DNA from: Octopus bimaculoides
Lineage: Eukaryota
Assembly (NCBI RefSeq): GCF_001194135.2
Contig: NC_068981.1
Location: 161,476,407 to 161,540,406, forward strand
DNA: 64,000 nt
Direction: 5' to 3'
Shown: positions 38,631-52,347 of the stretch, piece by piece
Position numbering within the stretch: the stretch's first letter is position 1
How the letters are laid out: every line of letters starts with the position of its first letter
The notes under the pieces: model-generated
Told to the model about the DNA's origin: nothing
What the model saw: the letters and a program-made list of their open reading frames with translations, nothing else
Database searches by the model: none
Made by a program: the position numbers and the translations under genes

Positions 38631-39199
38631 CTGTAATGTAGGAGGGGGTTGTTTATGTAAACATATAAGCTGTGGGTTATATGGTTTATATATAAAAGTT
38701 TACAGAAGTGGCGTTATAGATTTTAGTAATATTCGTTTCAAATTTTGACTGAAGACCAGCAAGTTTGGGGGAGGGAGAAGTTGATTACATTGATGCTCAG
38801 AGATTTATTATTGATTGACGCCAGAGTTCAACTATTATTTTATCAACCCCAAAAAGATGAAAGGCAAGGTCAACCCCAGCAGAATTTGAACTCAATGTAA
38901 AGAGAGATGAAATGCCACTAAGCATTTTGCCCAGTGTGCTAATAATGATTCTGCCTGCTCACCATCTTATCTTTTCTTTATTAATACTGGTTTCAAATTT
39001 TGGCACAAGGCCTGTAATTTAGGGGAACAGGGTAAGTCAATTACATCAACTACAGATTGACCCCTGAAAGGATGAAAGGCAAAGATAACCTTAACAGAAT
39101 TAGAAACCAGAACATTAAGACAGACAAAATGCCATTAAGCACTTTTGCCCATCATGCTAACAATTCTGCCAGTACACTGCATTATTCTTTTATTTCTTT

Positions 39200-39364
39200 T
39201 ACTTGTTTCAGTCATTTAACTGTAGTCATGCAGGAGCACTGCCTTTAGTCGAACAAATCAACCCCAGGACTTATTCTATTGGTTTCTTTTACTGAACTGC
39301 TAAGTTACGGGGACATAAACACACCAGCATCAGTTGTCAAGCGATGGTGTGGGGACAAACACAG

Positions 39365-39397
<33 letters not shown>

Positions 39398-39480
39398 CGA
39401 TGGGCTTCTTTCAGTTTCCATCTACCAAATCCACTCACGAGGCTTTGATCAGCCCAAGGCTATATTAGAAGACAAATGTA
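39200..39480 (-). mobile_element. tRNA-derived SINE family B
   Basis: tttcagtcatttaactgtagtcatgc...(CA)(TA)n...ccaaatccactcacgaggctttg. Confidence 0.85.
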
Positions 39481-39720
39481 GGGATGTGGTTTATATGTTT
39501 ATGTATATTATATTTGTATGGATATTAAGGTAGCAAGCTGGTAGAATCATTAGCGCAATTAAATAGCCAGTGGCATTCCTTCTGTTTTTTTATGTTCTGA
39601 GTTCAAATCCTACTGAAGATGACTTTGCTTTTCAGGGCCTATCAAATAAAGTATCAGTCTAGTACTGAGGTTACTGTAATCCCTTTCTTTTAAAATTGCT
39701 GGTATTGTGCCAAAATATGA

Positions 39721-39760
<40 letters not shown>

Positions 39761-40130
39761 CATCTTATTTCTAGTATGAATGCCAAATGTTCAATTAATC
39801 ACTCTGAAGTAAAAAAAAACTAATTACATCAGGAACTGCAATCTTCAACTTAGAATGGTACATTTATTCACTCATTCATTATCATTTTACAAGCAATCAG
39901 TCACTCCATTTCATTTCCTACAAAGTTGTAAAATCTTGATAACATTTTACTTTTGTGTTGCATCTTGACAGAGTCATAATTTAAATGTGCCATACACCCA
40001 CACTATTGCAATGTTCATTCTCACTAATCAATAAAAAAAAAGTTATCAAAAATTTTTGTCATCATACACTTTACAAGGAAGTCACTGATTCTATTCAACT
40101 AAACCAGCTTCCTCCTTTAAGCTGTTTTAA

Positions 40131-40359
40131 TTAACTCTTTAGCATTTAAACTAGCAAACTCCATCACAAATATTCTACTTGTTTTACAGTGAAACTGGCC
40201 AGATCCAACCTCTCTCACCTACTCTACAATGTCATTCTGAATATAAACAATTAAATCCTCAAAATTTTGAAGCTACAAGATAATACATGAGTAATTTTTA
40301 AAAATGTGGGCAAATAAATATTGCATTTGATAAAATTAATCTGAATGTCAAAGCATTAA
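40131..40359 (+). mobile_element. TTAA-flanked about 230-bp MITE (piggyBac-like)
   Basis: ttaa-ctctttagcatt ... gaatgtcaaagca-ttaa; related copies at 6321 and 19765. Confidence 0.6.
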
Positions 40360-40779
40360 ATGTTTAAAAAAAAGATAGAAAATAGTTGAGAGCAGTTTCT
40401 TGCCGCCTAGGTCAGTTCTGGTTTGATTTAACTTATGATTAAAGCTGTCTTGTAAAAAAAATGGTTGGTCTACAACACCAGATTAGTTTCAATAATACAG
40501 GATCACTACTTTCCACCCCCAAATGGTACACCACATATTTTAGGTAGAGTGCTATATTTGGTTAGATCAACTCCCAAAGGGATGAAAAGTGAAGAGGACT
40601 CTACTGGAATTTCAACACTGAACATAATAGATGGCATAATCAATAAAGTGCTGGATAAAATGCCTTGTTTATGTTCTGCATTCAAATCCTTCCCAATGAG
40701 ACTCTGCTCTCTTTTATTCCAGGATCAGGAAAATAAGTACCAATAGTAATAATATGTTGAAAGATTATTCAATCAATTT

Positions 40780-41510
40780 GTTACTCTATAAATTTCTTCT
40801 TGTTAGTCAAACATGTCTGTCTTCAGATTGTATCTTTGACAGAGCTGTAGCCCAGAGTCAAGTGAACACCAAGGCTGGAGATCTGAAGTGAGAATGTTGC
40901 CAGGCACTCAGTTTTGTACTAGTTGGGCAATGGGGTTGATAGAACTTTTACATCAGCTTTCTATAGACAACTAGTGGTGGTGAAGCATGATGATGTTCTC
41001 AAAGAAACAGGGTGTTGATGAGAAGCAACTGTTTTAGAGAGGGCTTTCAGTCAGGGGACTATAAATAACCACCAGAAATTCTGGACTGACCTAACAGTAG
41101 AATAGGGACATGGTGTCAAAACTATTCTGCATGCACTCGCTTTGCTATCAAGCATTGCTGGTCTCAGTAGTTTTATTAGACAGCTACAGTCATATTAGGA
41201 CAGACCCAGCTATTGGCGATGAACAGAATAAAGACTGCTTATTGCTTTTGTTTAGCTTTGCAAAGTAGGCAGTTTTCCTATGTCTAGTAATTATGAAGAA
41301 AAATATTGAATGGGGGATACTGAGTGTGAGTTCCACTTGAAGAAAAAGAGAGAGTAGAGAGTGAAGTGCACCTACCAGTAAATTTGTTGAAAGGCACATG
41401 AGACCACTCTCAACATGTGCCAATAAAATACACCTTGAAGGCAGCATGTTTTCATAGTCAGAGTAAGCAGATTTGTGGAGTTCCTTGGTTGGCCTCAAAT
41501 ACTAGTTAAC
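40780..41510 (-). pseudogene. Decayed protein-coding-like segment of unknown family, probably transposon-derived
   Basis: A natural-looking peptide can be threaded through scattered stops and frameshifts: ...SFDTMSLFYC*VSPEFLVVIYSPL...LLINTLFL*EHH...PIAQLVQN*VPGNILTSDLQPWCSLDSGLQLCQRYNLKTDMFD*. Confidence 0.35.
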
Positions 41511-43929
41511 TTGGAACTTCATCATGTATAGATATATATATATATATATATATATTCATACACACACACCTATCTATCTATCTATCTTATATATACATAC
41601 ATACAACATAAGTTTACTGAGTATACCATCACTTTTCATTCCTTCATTCAATTTCTTTGTCATTTCAAACAGTTTTTGCATCCAATCTCCATAATGTCCA
41701 CTCATCTATCGCATATTGTAGCAATTAGAAAAAAATATTTAAAAATATTAATTAAAATGCAATTATTACCATAATTATTAAATATCCTTATTAATCATTA
41801 CCATCGCACATTTACACATTTCCAATACTTGCTAATTATCTGTAGGAAAATCCGATTCTCTAAAATGAATTAGTTAAAAGATACAATAAAAAAGACATTT
41901 AAAAACAAATCATTGTATTGTTAGTTACATTTTATTTAGTTGTGGTGGTAGTGATAATGAATTTAGTTGTTTTAAAGCACAAGGAGGCTTGGCCTGAACG
42001 ATTTAGACCCATGTTCAACGGTTTTTCTGTTGAGATTATCCTGTCCTTACTTCAGACATAATTTTCCAAGGCCTACACCAGCAAATGCGTCCTTTCTCTT
42101 TTAAAATATGAATGATTAGAGAAGAAACATGGCCGCCATCTGCAGATAGCTCAGTGACCAATTAGAGACTGGCTCGAATGGCGATCGTTGTTCGGTCTTG
42201 CTTGTTAAAGGCATGCTGTCTTTATTTTTTTTTCTCTCATCCATAATTTATGTAACCAGGACTACATTGAACAATAAATTCTTTTTATTTTGTTTTGATA
42301 GAACTGATTGCTATTTTTAGCAAGTTCAACGACTACGTAGAGGTTCCGTGGTTGGTACGATGAATGTTGAGTGTATGGTGCCGTTGTTTTTGACAGTGAC
42401 AAATGTGTTAATAAAGACCAGTAATAGCATGTATGAAAAGGAACAGTGCTGTTGAGACAATGATCTTTTTTTTTTTGTGCGCAAGTGTGTTACTATTTTC
42501 TACTTAATAATTCGATGGCCTTCAGTCTCAGTTTGCACACAAACACCGGTATCTCACCACGTACATTTGTATTCAGATATATAAATATTGTATGATAAAT
42601 ATACTATGTGTGTCTGTATATGTATATCGTAAGAATTATATAGTATAGACAATACGCGTGAACAAATATATACGATATATTTGTGTGTGTGTGTGTGTTT
42701 TTATACACACACATACTTCCGACCAGAAGTAGAATACAAACTCCCGTCACAATTACACTCACTATGAATACACTATGCCGAATACACAGTCGTCTATGTA
42801 CACACGCACGCGCAATATACTTGTATAAATATATACTGGGCTGCATGTTTTGTTTGCGAAGAAATAAAACACGTGTGAGAGATCAGAAGTGGTGAAAATG
42901 TGGTGGTAACGGAGGATATTGAAAAACACAGGAAGTATCTAGTGATAAACGGCAGTTAAAAGGGAGGGGTGGATTTTAAAAGAAAGAGTGAGAGAAGTGG
43001 ACACGACAGGAGATGGAGGAATAGCTAGTTAAATATATAAAAGCAGTAGAGGTGGACTAGTAGGGAATGAAGGAGACGGTATGGAATTATAGAGATATAG
43101 TTGTTGAATTGTGACAGAAGGCAAGGGGGAACACATGAGAAGGGGAAAATGGTGAGTGAAAGGAAGGAGAGGAACTGTGTAATGAGTATGTAGACAGCAG
43201 GGAGGGTGGTTTAAAATAAATGGTTCGAGAGAGAGAAAGAGAACAGATTAAAAAAATGTTAAGAAGGATAGAGAAAAATGTTACAGAAACAGACAGATAG
43301 AGAGAGAGGTGGACAGACTGACGGATAGATAGATAGATAGAGAGAGAGTTGGAAATTTAGTGGTGGACAACGTCAGGTGAATAAAAAAAAAAGGAGTAGA
43401 TAGAGAGAGAAAGAGTCCGCCGAGAAAAACGTATTATTGATTATTAATAAAGGAAAGACAGAAGAATCAGAGAGGAGAGAAGAAAAAAAAAACGAACTAA
43501 ATATAATCATAGAGAATATGTGTGAATAGCGAAGGGGTGGTGAAAAAAAAAATGAAGAAAAAAAGCTAAATTTGTAGAAAAGATATTATACGAGAAACTA
43601 AAGACAATAAGTAAAAGAAGTCCAGTAGGCAATATTTTCGAAGACAAGACTGGAGACAAACGGAAGCTTTGTTACAGAGAATTAGGCTTTCAAGGCCAAA
43701 AACAATAATAATAGCACTATTCTCTCTGTAGACTGTATGGAAATTACATTAGACACAGTACAATGCGTATCTTACTTTTTATTTTTCTTCATGTTTTGCC
43801 TGTAACACATTTACCGAGGTTTATTATGATAATTGGAATACTTCAATCAGCTCCTAACGGAAAGGATCCTTTCTAGTTGTTCATGACCCCTCCCCACAAA
43901 GGAATTACTATTCTTGCTGTTCAACTGAC

Positions 43930-43977
43930 CTCCGGCTCGCAGCTTCGCGCGGGTTTTTAAAGCCATTGAGGAAGGCT
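43930..43977 (-). CDS. Candidate 48-nt internal exon xAFLNGFKNPREAASRx (phase 2 to phase 2)
   Basis: GC-rich island bounded by cccaccag| and GAG|gtcagt; 7 of 15 codons end in C. Confidence 0.4.
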
Positions 43978-44782
43978 CTGGTGGGAATGTCAGCAATTCA
44001 GTAGCCGATCAAGATTGATGATTATTGTTCTTTATCCAAGACGGCCCTCATGGATCAGACCTATGGATGAGACGATATTTTATTTATGCTATCGTATTAT
44101 TATGCAAGGACTACATTATCTGGTGATCTTTCTCTGTAAGTTCGTAAAATAGCCTATGAAATAATTCCACTGGTGACGGATATCTACAAATAACAAATTT
44201 GACATTCATCTGGGATTAGACATTACTACCCTATATTATTATTTACTTTCTCTGGATTTGAACTAAGGCATTTAGTAAAGGAATAAATCATTCGGAATTC
44301 GGTGAAAAATCTGGTAATGTGCGTGTATATTTTCAGTTATACACCCATATTATATATATACATTAGACCCCTTCCTTTCTCATGAGGAAAGGGAATTTCT
44401 AATCAGAAACTCCATCATAATAATAGTCAACTACTATACATTTGATCTGACAATAGCTGTATCCCTTTTTACAGATCAATAACTCTGAAAATTACTAACA
44501 TATCCGAAATACCAATTTAGTACTTTTACTCTATTATTAGCGATTATCGTTATCAGACATTTTACGCACTTATATCAAAAGATCATCCATTATATAATGA
44601 CTTTAATATATATTTTTGAAGTTGTGATTCAAAGATAATCTGTTTACTATTTCCGACAGATTGAACGACTGCACGGAAAATCCTTAGTTTGCACTCTACG
44701 ATGAAATTTACTTAAACAGACTTATGCGGTGATCAACTGAGAAAGAATAGTATCACTCTTTACGAGTAAAGGGTGACGATAC

Positions 44783-44831
44783 CTAAAGGAATAAAAAATG
44801 GCAGCATCACATCTGAGTAAAGTCCTGTTAC
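44783..44831 (-). CDS. Candidate 49-nt exon xNRTLLRCDAAIFYSFx
   Basis: Pyrimidine-rich acceptor (duplicated at 46497), weak donor gtatcg; phases join 47848 to 43977. Confidence 0.25.
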
Positions 44832-45049
44832 CTATAAATGTAAGATATATGGAGGGAACGGGAACAAGGGACACTAAATGTTTCTTTGTGTAAATTAGTT
44901 ACGATCGTTTTTGGAAACAAGCGGAATTATTACATCAATCAAAATGCTGGCTCATACACATATAGTGCTGAAGTATTGGCTTGGAGTTCTTAAATGTCCA
45001 AGATTTGGATAAAAACTATTTAGTGGTTTCGTCCTTTCAGGGATTCATC

Positions 45050-45400
45050 CAAGATGACTATATAAGTCGACTCAGCTTAACCCTATTAAGTTTCGAAGTC
45101 TCTGTTTCCGAAAATTTGACGAGGTGGGCGTGTCCTACGCGTCCACTAAACTCCAGGACCCCTAATACCAGATGCAGTTTGAAGTGTTTTGAGGCGTGTG
45201 GAACCACCTCTTAACCACTCTTGTTTCCAGCTCTACTCTGAACAAGAGATACAGTATCTTGTTCGGGCTCCAGCTCACATGTGTATCATTGGGAATGAAA
45301 GATTCCTAATTCTCGTTAGAACTTCCTTCGAGAGGATAAACTTGTAAAGAAAAACCTGAAGTGCGGTAGGCTTCTGGTCATCTCTATCCTTTGATGTGCC
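45050..45400 (-). mobile_element. Possible fragment of an R2/NeSL-like (RLE) non-LTR retrotransposon ORF
   Basis: RVELETRVVKRWFHTPQNTSN recalls the VRKWLxLPxDTxN post-RT motif; stops are present; from memory only. Confidence 0.3.
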
Positions 45401-46434
45401 ACTTGGTGTTATGGCTGATTGCGCTGAAAAGTGGGTTTAGTGCTGTGCAACACTTCATTCACCCAAAACAAATCCACGCACAAGAACTTGGACTTTCGGA
45501 ACGTTTGCACGCAGTGGGACTGAACCCAAGAACTACGTGGTCGGGACACAGCCACACCTGCGTCTATACATACATACATACTCGCGCGCGCGCACACACA
45601 CACGCTGCCCCTTACACCTTGTCACTAAGCAGTTTATTTAGAGGTTAATTATATTTTACAAATGATACTACTCATTAACTGAATAATTTCTATTATTTTA
45701 CCTCATAGCCGATAAAACCTCAATGTCGTAGCCTGACTGGCTAGAAACCACGAGCAAATCCGATAATCACACCCTCCAATCTTTATAACAATACAAAGGA
45801 TATCAAAAATTCCAAAACGATTTGACACGTTCACACCTTCCCATCTTAACACAAAATATACAAGAAAAAATAATTTAACAACAATAACAAAATTATATCT
45901 TAATTGTAACCCCCAAAATATCCCGACAACCAAGCTTGGTTGCAGAACGGCGTCTAAGAAAATGAATTCTTCCGCGACCTCAGGACAGTGACACCAAGTT
46001 TTGTGAAAGTGGCTCGTTATAATCGAAGACCGCATATTACACACATACGTACGATTTACCAGCTGTAGTCAGATGGTAAGGTTACGGGCTATGCAATCGT
46101 ACATCAAGTAAATATCCTATGCTAGAAATAGTAGCAAAATTTCTTCAAAATACACCCGACTCTCTTAAGAAAGGGGAAAGACCAAATTCGCCAGGATAAC
46201 GGTCATGGCCGGAATACCTTTGATCATTGTTCTGATCAGACAGAGCGAGCCTGGAGCTAAACAAGAGAACCGACCAAATTTTAAATATATTAATTATTTA
46301 TTTTGTAAAACTAGCGTGGAACATAGTTTCAACTCCATATATATGCACACACACACAAATTACAGAGAATAAACTCCAGGTTAAATAAACCCAGAAGAAC
46401 ACAAAGCGGACGACACTCAGTTCGAAAGTTAATG

Positions 46435-46496
46435 TTATTGCTTTGTTTCATATAAAAAAATCTCATCAGCTAAATCCTTCTGTTGGATTAAGTTAC
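46435..46496 (-). CDS. Candidate paralogous/alternative exon xNLIQQKDLADEIFLYETKQ*
   Basis: Shares about 50 nt of acceptor region with the 44831 exon; open only in the same phase. Confidence 0.15.
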
Positions 46497-47847
46497 CTTT
46501 AAATGTAAGATATATGAAAGGAACGGGAACAAGGATACAAAATGCGTCTGTATGAATATGTGCATTGTGTACGAGTGTGCGCATATAAGCAGGGTCCACG
46601 AGTATGCTATGTATATATGCTGTTCTTCAATAAAGAACCCACGTGTGGGGGGTGAGAGATAACGGCAAAATAAAAATAAAGGTGTAAAAAAAACCCTTAC
46701 AGTCAAAACCTTTGGCGCAAATGACTTACTTTGCTCATATTTTTTAAATACTATCTTCTAATTTATCAACTGTATTGTTTATATATTGTCAGACGGACAG
46801 TTCACAAAGAGGAGTGAGCCTCCATCAATAGAATTATAAACTTTATCTATTGTTTTGTTCAGTATTGAACCAACATGGTTCGTTATTTTCGTTGTAATCG
46901 GTATAACAAAAAACAGCAGTCATTCAATTAACAGCTTTTATATCATTAAATCATTCACGTCTACCACATTTCTATTATTTATTTATTTTGTAAAACTAGC
47001 GAAGAACATAGTTTCAACTGCATATACATGCACACACATACAAATTACAAAGAATAAACTCCAGGTTAAATAATGGCTTTTCGGGATTAACAATAAATAT
47101 CAATACAATACTGTTCTACTTGTTTAGTGTTAGTAAAATACTCAACTGTGTATCATCAAAAAAGCGATGAATTAAATATACTTCGTTAAAATTGAATGAT
47201 TTTACATGGTTGTCGAGTATACAACGCATTACAGTGTCTGGGGGGTGGGTTACTTTTTCCTACATTAAAAATAAATTAGTAGTTTACATTTAGATCTAAT
47301 GGACTTTTGGCAGTCCGTTTAATCGAGTACATATGTGCGTGTGTCGCTTCGAGGACGAGCTTCCCAATCATATTTATCACATATTTTCCAAATTTAAGGG
47401 GAGTGAGAGAGAAACGAAAGTCTTAGCAAAAGGAAAAAAAAAAAAAAACAACACCTTTCATCTAAAATTTTCGAGCATATAATGGTGATGATGACAAGCA
47501 TTAAGATGTCATAGTAATCGGACATGCTCCATCAAATGTAAAACTAAAAATTAAAAAAAACATCTTATTGGCAGACAAAACAATGCAAGAGAGCCTCCAG
47601 GTGGACGCTGGCCAGAGTTGAATAAAAAATAACCACTGAATGACACGAAAAAAAAAAAAAACGGAGAAAATATACAAGGTTCTGAACAACAGGGAAGAGA
47701 CAGACTTGCGATGCTATTTATTTACATATTCATTCATAATTATCACCTTCTTCTCTCTCTGAACGAGATACAGTACTTAGGTCTACTCAGCAAAGGCTCT
47801 TCATACCTATTTTTAGTAATTATATAAATTAACACGCACACACTTAC

Positions 47848-47917
47848 ATCTAACTCCATCTTGATAAGTACAGGGTGCGGCCAAATTAACCTCAGATTCA
47901 TCATTCTTGATAAACAT
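47848..47917 (-). CDS. Candidate first coding exon MFIKNDESEVNLAAPCTYQDGVRx (exon 47848-47956)
   Basis: Acceptor ttttctgttttaccatcaag|, first ATG in aaaATG context, donor GAT|gtaagt. Confidence 0.3.
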
Positions 47918-50900
47918 TTTTTCAATAGCAAACGTACGGTGTGCACCGGTTCAAACCTTGATGGTAAAACAGAAAACGGTAAACCACTAGCAACCATTAC
48001 CACCTGCCTATCCTTACTAGCGCCACACCAATGGCTGTAAAAACTATGGGAGGCTTCTCTGCTGTACCCTTACATATTAATTATTAATTAACACACATTA
48101 TATACATAACACTCTTGTTGTTTTTGTTTAGACTATATCTGTTGTAATCGATTAAACCTGTGGTCAAAGGTCATCCAATGTGTCCTTTTTCCATGGCGCT
48201 AGGTCTGTGATTTGAGGGAGCTTCATTATTTGATTGTTACTTCTAGTAGTAAGTCGAGCGATCCGATCCCATAGATGCTCGATCGTTCATTTAACACACG
48301 TGTATAAATGAAAGGTACAACTATATACATACCTACGCGTATATATATATGTATATNNNNNNNNNNNNNNNNNNNNNNNNNNNNNNNNNNNNNNNNNNNN
48401 NNNNNNNNNNNNNNNNNNNNATATATATATATATATATATATATAGTTTGCTATTGCATACATAGGCCACAGAAAACGAATAAAATACAAAATGGAACTT
48501 AGAAAAAAATTAAAACTAAAATTAAGAATACGATGCGAAGAAGAGGGGAATCGGTAGAATGGCTTTTGATAAAATGAAATGAAGAATAGGAAAGCTTGGC
48601 TGGAATAAAGAGAGAAAAACTGTTCAGCCAGAAGGTGACTGTAGTTAATATGAATGTATCCATTCATTCTGGAATGCTGGCTGTACAGCGACCAAAGTAT
48701 TTGTATTGTGTATATATGCTGTGTGTATTTGGTGACTAGAGAAGTGTAGTGAATATATGATGTATATGTGCAAACAGAATGTGTCTGTAAAATAAGCAAG
48801 AGTATGTATGTACACAAACTAGTTAAGTATACAAAGTAATGGATCGATTGAATGCGTGTATGCATAACTAAAAGTGGTGCAGGTATCAAAATATTTATCG
48901 TTATTTGGAAGAGTGTGTGTATGTAGAAGCAGATACATAAGATGGGAGTGCGTGAGTAAAATAGGCAAAGTTGTTTAGCCCCGCGTCAGACAAGACTGAG
49001 CACACCTATGATTAAGAGTTCCAGTCATGACCAATATGTCTTTCCAAAGAACAGCATATATTGGGCATATCCAGTGTGTGTGTCCGTTATTTAAGACAGT
49101 ATCGAGGGTGCTTTGAAGGGATTTGGTTGTTATTTCTGTTAAGTGGAGGACTACATCGAACCCCGTTGCTTCGCTAGGTGCGTATGTAACTCACGTAAAA
49201 AGACTTAGATCAGCGTAGAGATAATCAAAGAAAAGATTTATATACACGGATATGAATACAGATTATATACAAGACATATTTTGCGTGCACTGAAATGATT
49301 TTTTCGAACCGATTATGCAAATATGACAAACAACACACACGCATAAGTGCTTCGATTGTGGTAATCAATTCATAAATAAAAGTAATACACTAAACAACTC
49401 GGTGAGGCAGACTGAAACAATGAAAAATCTAAACATACATTCTAATAACAGTCAGAATGTAGTCATAGATGTGTGTTTTGGGAAACAGAAAAACTGGGTG
49501 TGTAAACAGCGTTAAGCTCAGAATTACAGATTAAGCATGGGTGGTAATACGGAGAGGAAGAGGAAAAAGTGTGGAGAAGAAAATATTTCAAGACGTTGCC
49601 AAAAACGATATCCAACCCAAACAGATTTTGATTGTCGACGAATGAACAGTTTCTACTCAGACATAGAGATAAATATAACAAGAACAGAAACACACAGATA
49701 TACTATACACTTTTATTTCAAGTGTTATTAACAACTTGCAAAATGTTTCATCAGGAGGGAAGTGAAATCCTTAGAATAGAGCCTACTCCTGAGAGTATAG
49801 CGTGGAACTATACGAGAATTACTAGTAACCGTCAAACGCATACTCTTTTTGTACGATAAGCAAACACCTTAGCCACAAGAACACCTGTAATACACACACA
49901 CCACATACAGAGAAAGAACAAGTATGGCCTAGTGGTTAAGAAATTCGTTATGGTACCACGTGGTCGTTGGTTCTACCCGACTGCGTGCTATCCTGGATAA
50001 ATGCCTTTCTATTATAGCCTCAACTTGACCAACATTTTGCGAATGGAATTAGATACACAAGCTATACAAAAGCCTTCATATACACACGCACATATATATG
50101 AATACCTGACAGTTTGCTACAACGCTTATGCATTTTTTCTGAAAGGGTAAAAAAAAAAAAAAGCATATGTATGGAAATAATTGCACAGCTGCCAGGGCTA
50201 TATTTATATAAATTTTATCCACTCTACCTTGTGCTGAGCCCTTTTTTATTTTTAGTTTTCTCGGGTGCAATTCACGAACCACTTTACACACACACAATAC
50301 TTGTCGGAGTTTGTTTATTGCAGTATATACCCACACAATATATGTATATACATATACACTCTCTCTATATACGTATACTCTCTTGCTATACACATACATA
50401 TAGTGGGATATACAAACACAGAGATAATGAGCACGAATAACTAAGACACCGCATTATTTATACACAACTATAATACGATGGCATACATATTTTGATGGTT
50501 ACAGTTTTACTATTTTAGTATAGCTCCATCTGTATTTCTTTACGTCGTTAGCATAAGGAGATGATAGAGAAGGGATCACACATACACATAAACCGAGATA
50601 AACAAACATCGATACAGTAGTTCGTTCTTTTGAAGTTTATATTTTTATATAATAACGTCCTACAAAAAGACGAAGACGAGAGATCCTCCGATAACAATAC
50701 TACATGATACTAACATCTTTCTCTTCTCTGTCAAATCCCTTCTCTTAATTAATCACTAATTGATTTATGTCATCAGAGAAGCGTAGGTCTTAAAAAACAA
50801 CAACAAAAGTTCTCCTTTCTCTTTTTGTAGAGGATACAAAAGGCTCGAGGGGCGGGGAGGAAGGAAGTAAGATCTTGATAAAGACTGGATGAATCAATAA

Positions 50901-51979
50901 TGGGAGACACATAATACCACAAGATCTACTACACACGTTCAACATTACAACACGGTACAAATACGACACAATACGGCGTAAACAGAGAGATATGGAGTAT
51001 TATTGTCGAACGTAGTAGATAACGGAAATATAAAAATAGTTTTATTCGCTACAAGAAGCACAAACAATATTAGTAAATCGCCGTTACCGCCTTCTTATAA
51101 ACAAGGAAGATGAAACCTTTTGGAATAAAGAAGATGCAATACCGTGACATTTGTCTTTCTCCAAAGGGCAGTAACGATGACGTGAAATGAAATAGTTCCA
51201 AACGAGAATCGAAACTGGGTCGCGGAACTCGTTTTCTCCAGGAACTTACGATCACCGAAAAAATAACAAGAGATTATTATATTTAGAAGCATGGGAGGAT
51301 GGGAGAGACTTTGATGTTTTTGATACCTTTCGTGAAAGCATTAACGATGCAAAGATAAAACAAACATCCTTCACTTGGGAATGAAAAACGAACGGGATGC
51401 GGAGGAAAAGTCGATAAAACGACCCCGCACCCACTCTGCAATGGCAGAATCGAATCCAACATTATCAAAACAACCACTAGCACTGGAGTGATTTGAACTT
51501 TGAATAGTTTAATCGATTGAGATGTCTAACAAAAAAATCCTTACTTGGAATGTCTTTTAATAAATGTTAAAAGAGTGGGGCTTGGCTGAGCGCTGAGTAA
51601 CAAAACACTATCACTAGAAATATAAGTAAAACCGATCCAACAACTCGGTTTTCGGTGAAAGCGACAGTGTTATTAGACTACTAATAGTAATAACAGTGCA
51701 GATCACCGACCGAACCAAATATTGTAATGCCAGTGAGATCGGTTGTACCATCTGCGCCATAATCACAAGAATTAAAAGTAGGAAAATACACAAACACACA
51801 CAAAGCTTGCTATGTGCAATGGAGGTGGTTTAGACATAGAGAGAAAGAAAGGCAGAGAGGTAAGGAGAAATGTGGTCGGTGAGTAGATGAGGGTATATGT
51901 ATGTGTGTGTATGGGAAGGTCAGCGCTCCATTAAGTGTAGAAGGAATCGGTAGAGAAAAGATAAAACAAAGAAGCAAGG

Positions 51980-52055
51980 CAGCTAGCCAACAACCAACCA
52001 ACCAACCAACTAGCCAGCCAACCAACCAGCCAGCCAGCCAGCTAGCCAGCCAACC
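51980..52055. repeat. (CCAA)n/(GCCA)n tetranucleotide repeat
   Basis: Directly visible. Confidence 0.9.
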
Positions 52056-52226
52056 CGAGCCATACACACTCAGACAACTGCTTCACTAGTTCAAGTTTTA
52101 AGTACAGGACGACAGAAAATATACATAATCACATATAGACGAACTACACACACACACACACAGTGCTACACAAAACAAAAAATCTGATCAAGTAGCGTGA
52201 AAGTGTATGCGTATGTAACGTGTATG

Positions 52227-52278
<52 letters not shown>

Positions 52279-52280
<2 letters not shown>

Positions 52281-52299
52281 TGCTTTATTTTTGTGTGAA

Positions 52300-52347
<48 letters not shown>

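Noticed and set aside
42125-42140. aaacatggccgcc as a YY1/promoter motif
   Set aside because: It aligns with a decayed copy of the abundant gagatttggctgctatttc repeat.
45703-46044. 113-aa minus-strand ORF
   Set aside because: No recognisable domain or splice support; length is within chance expectation for 64 kb.
48287-48889. 200-aa minus-strand ORF
   Set aside because: Low-complexity AT-rich composition and spans a gap.
49537-49645. RRGRGKS...KQILIVDE resembling Walker A and B
   Set aside because: The spacing is far too short for a P-loop NTPase and the frame is closed by stops on both sides.
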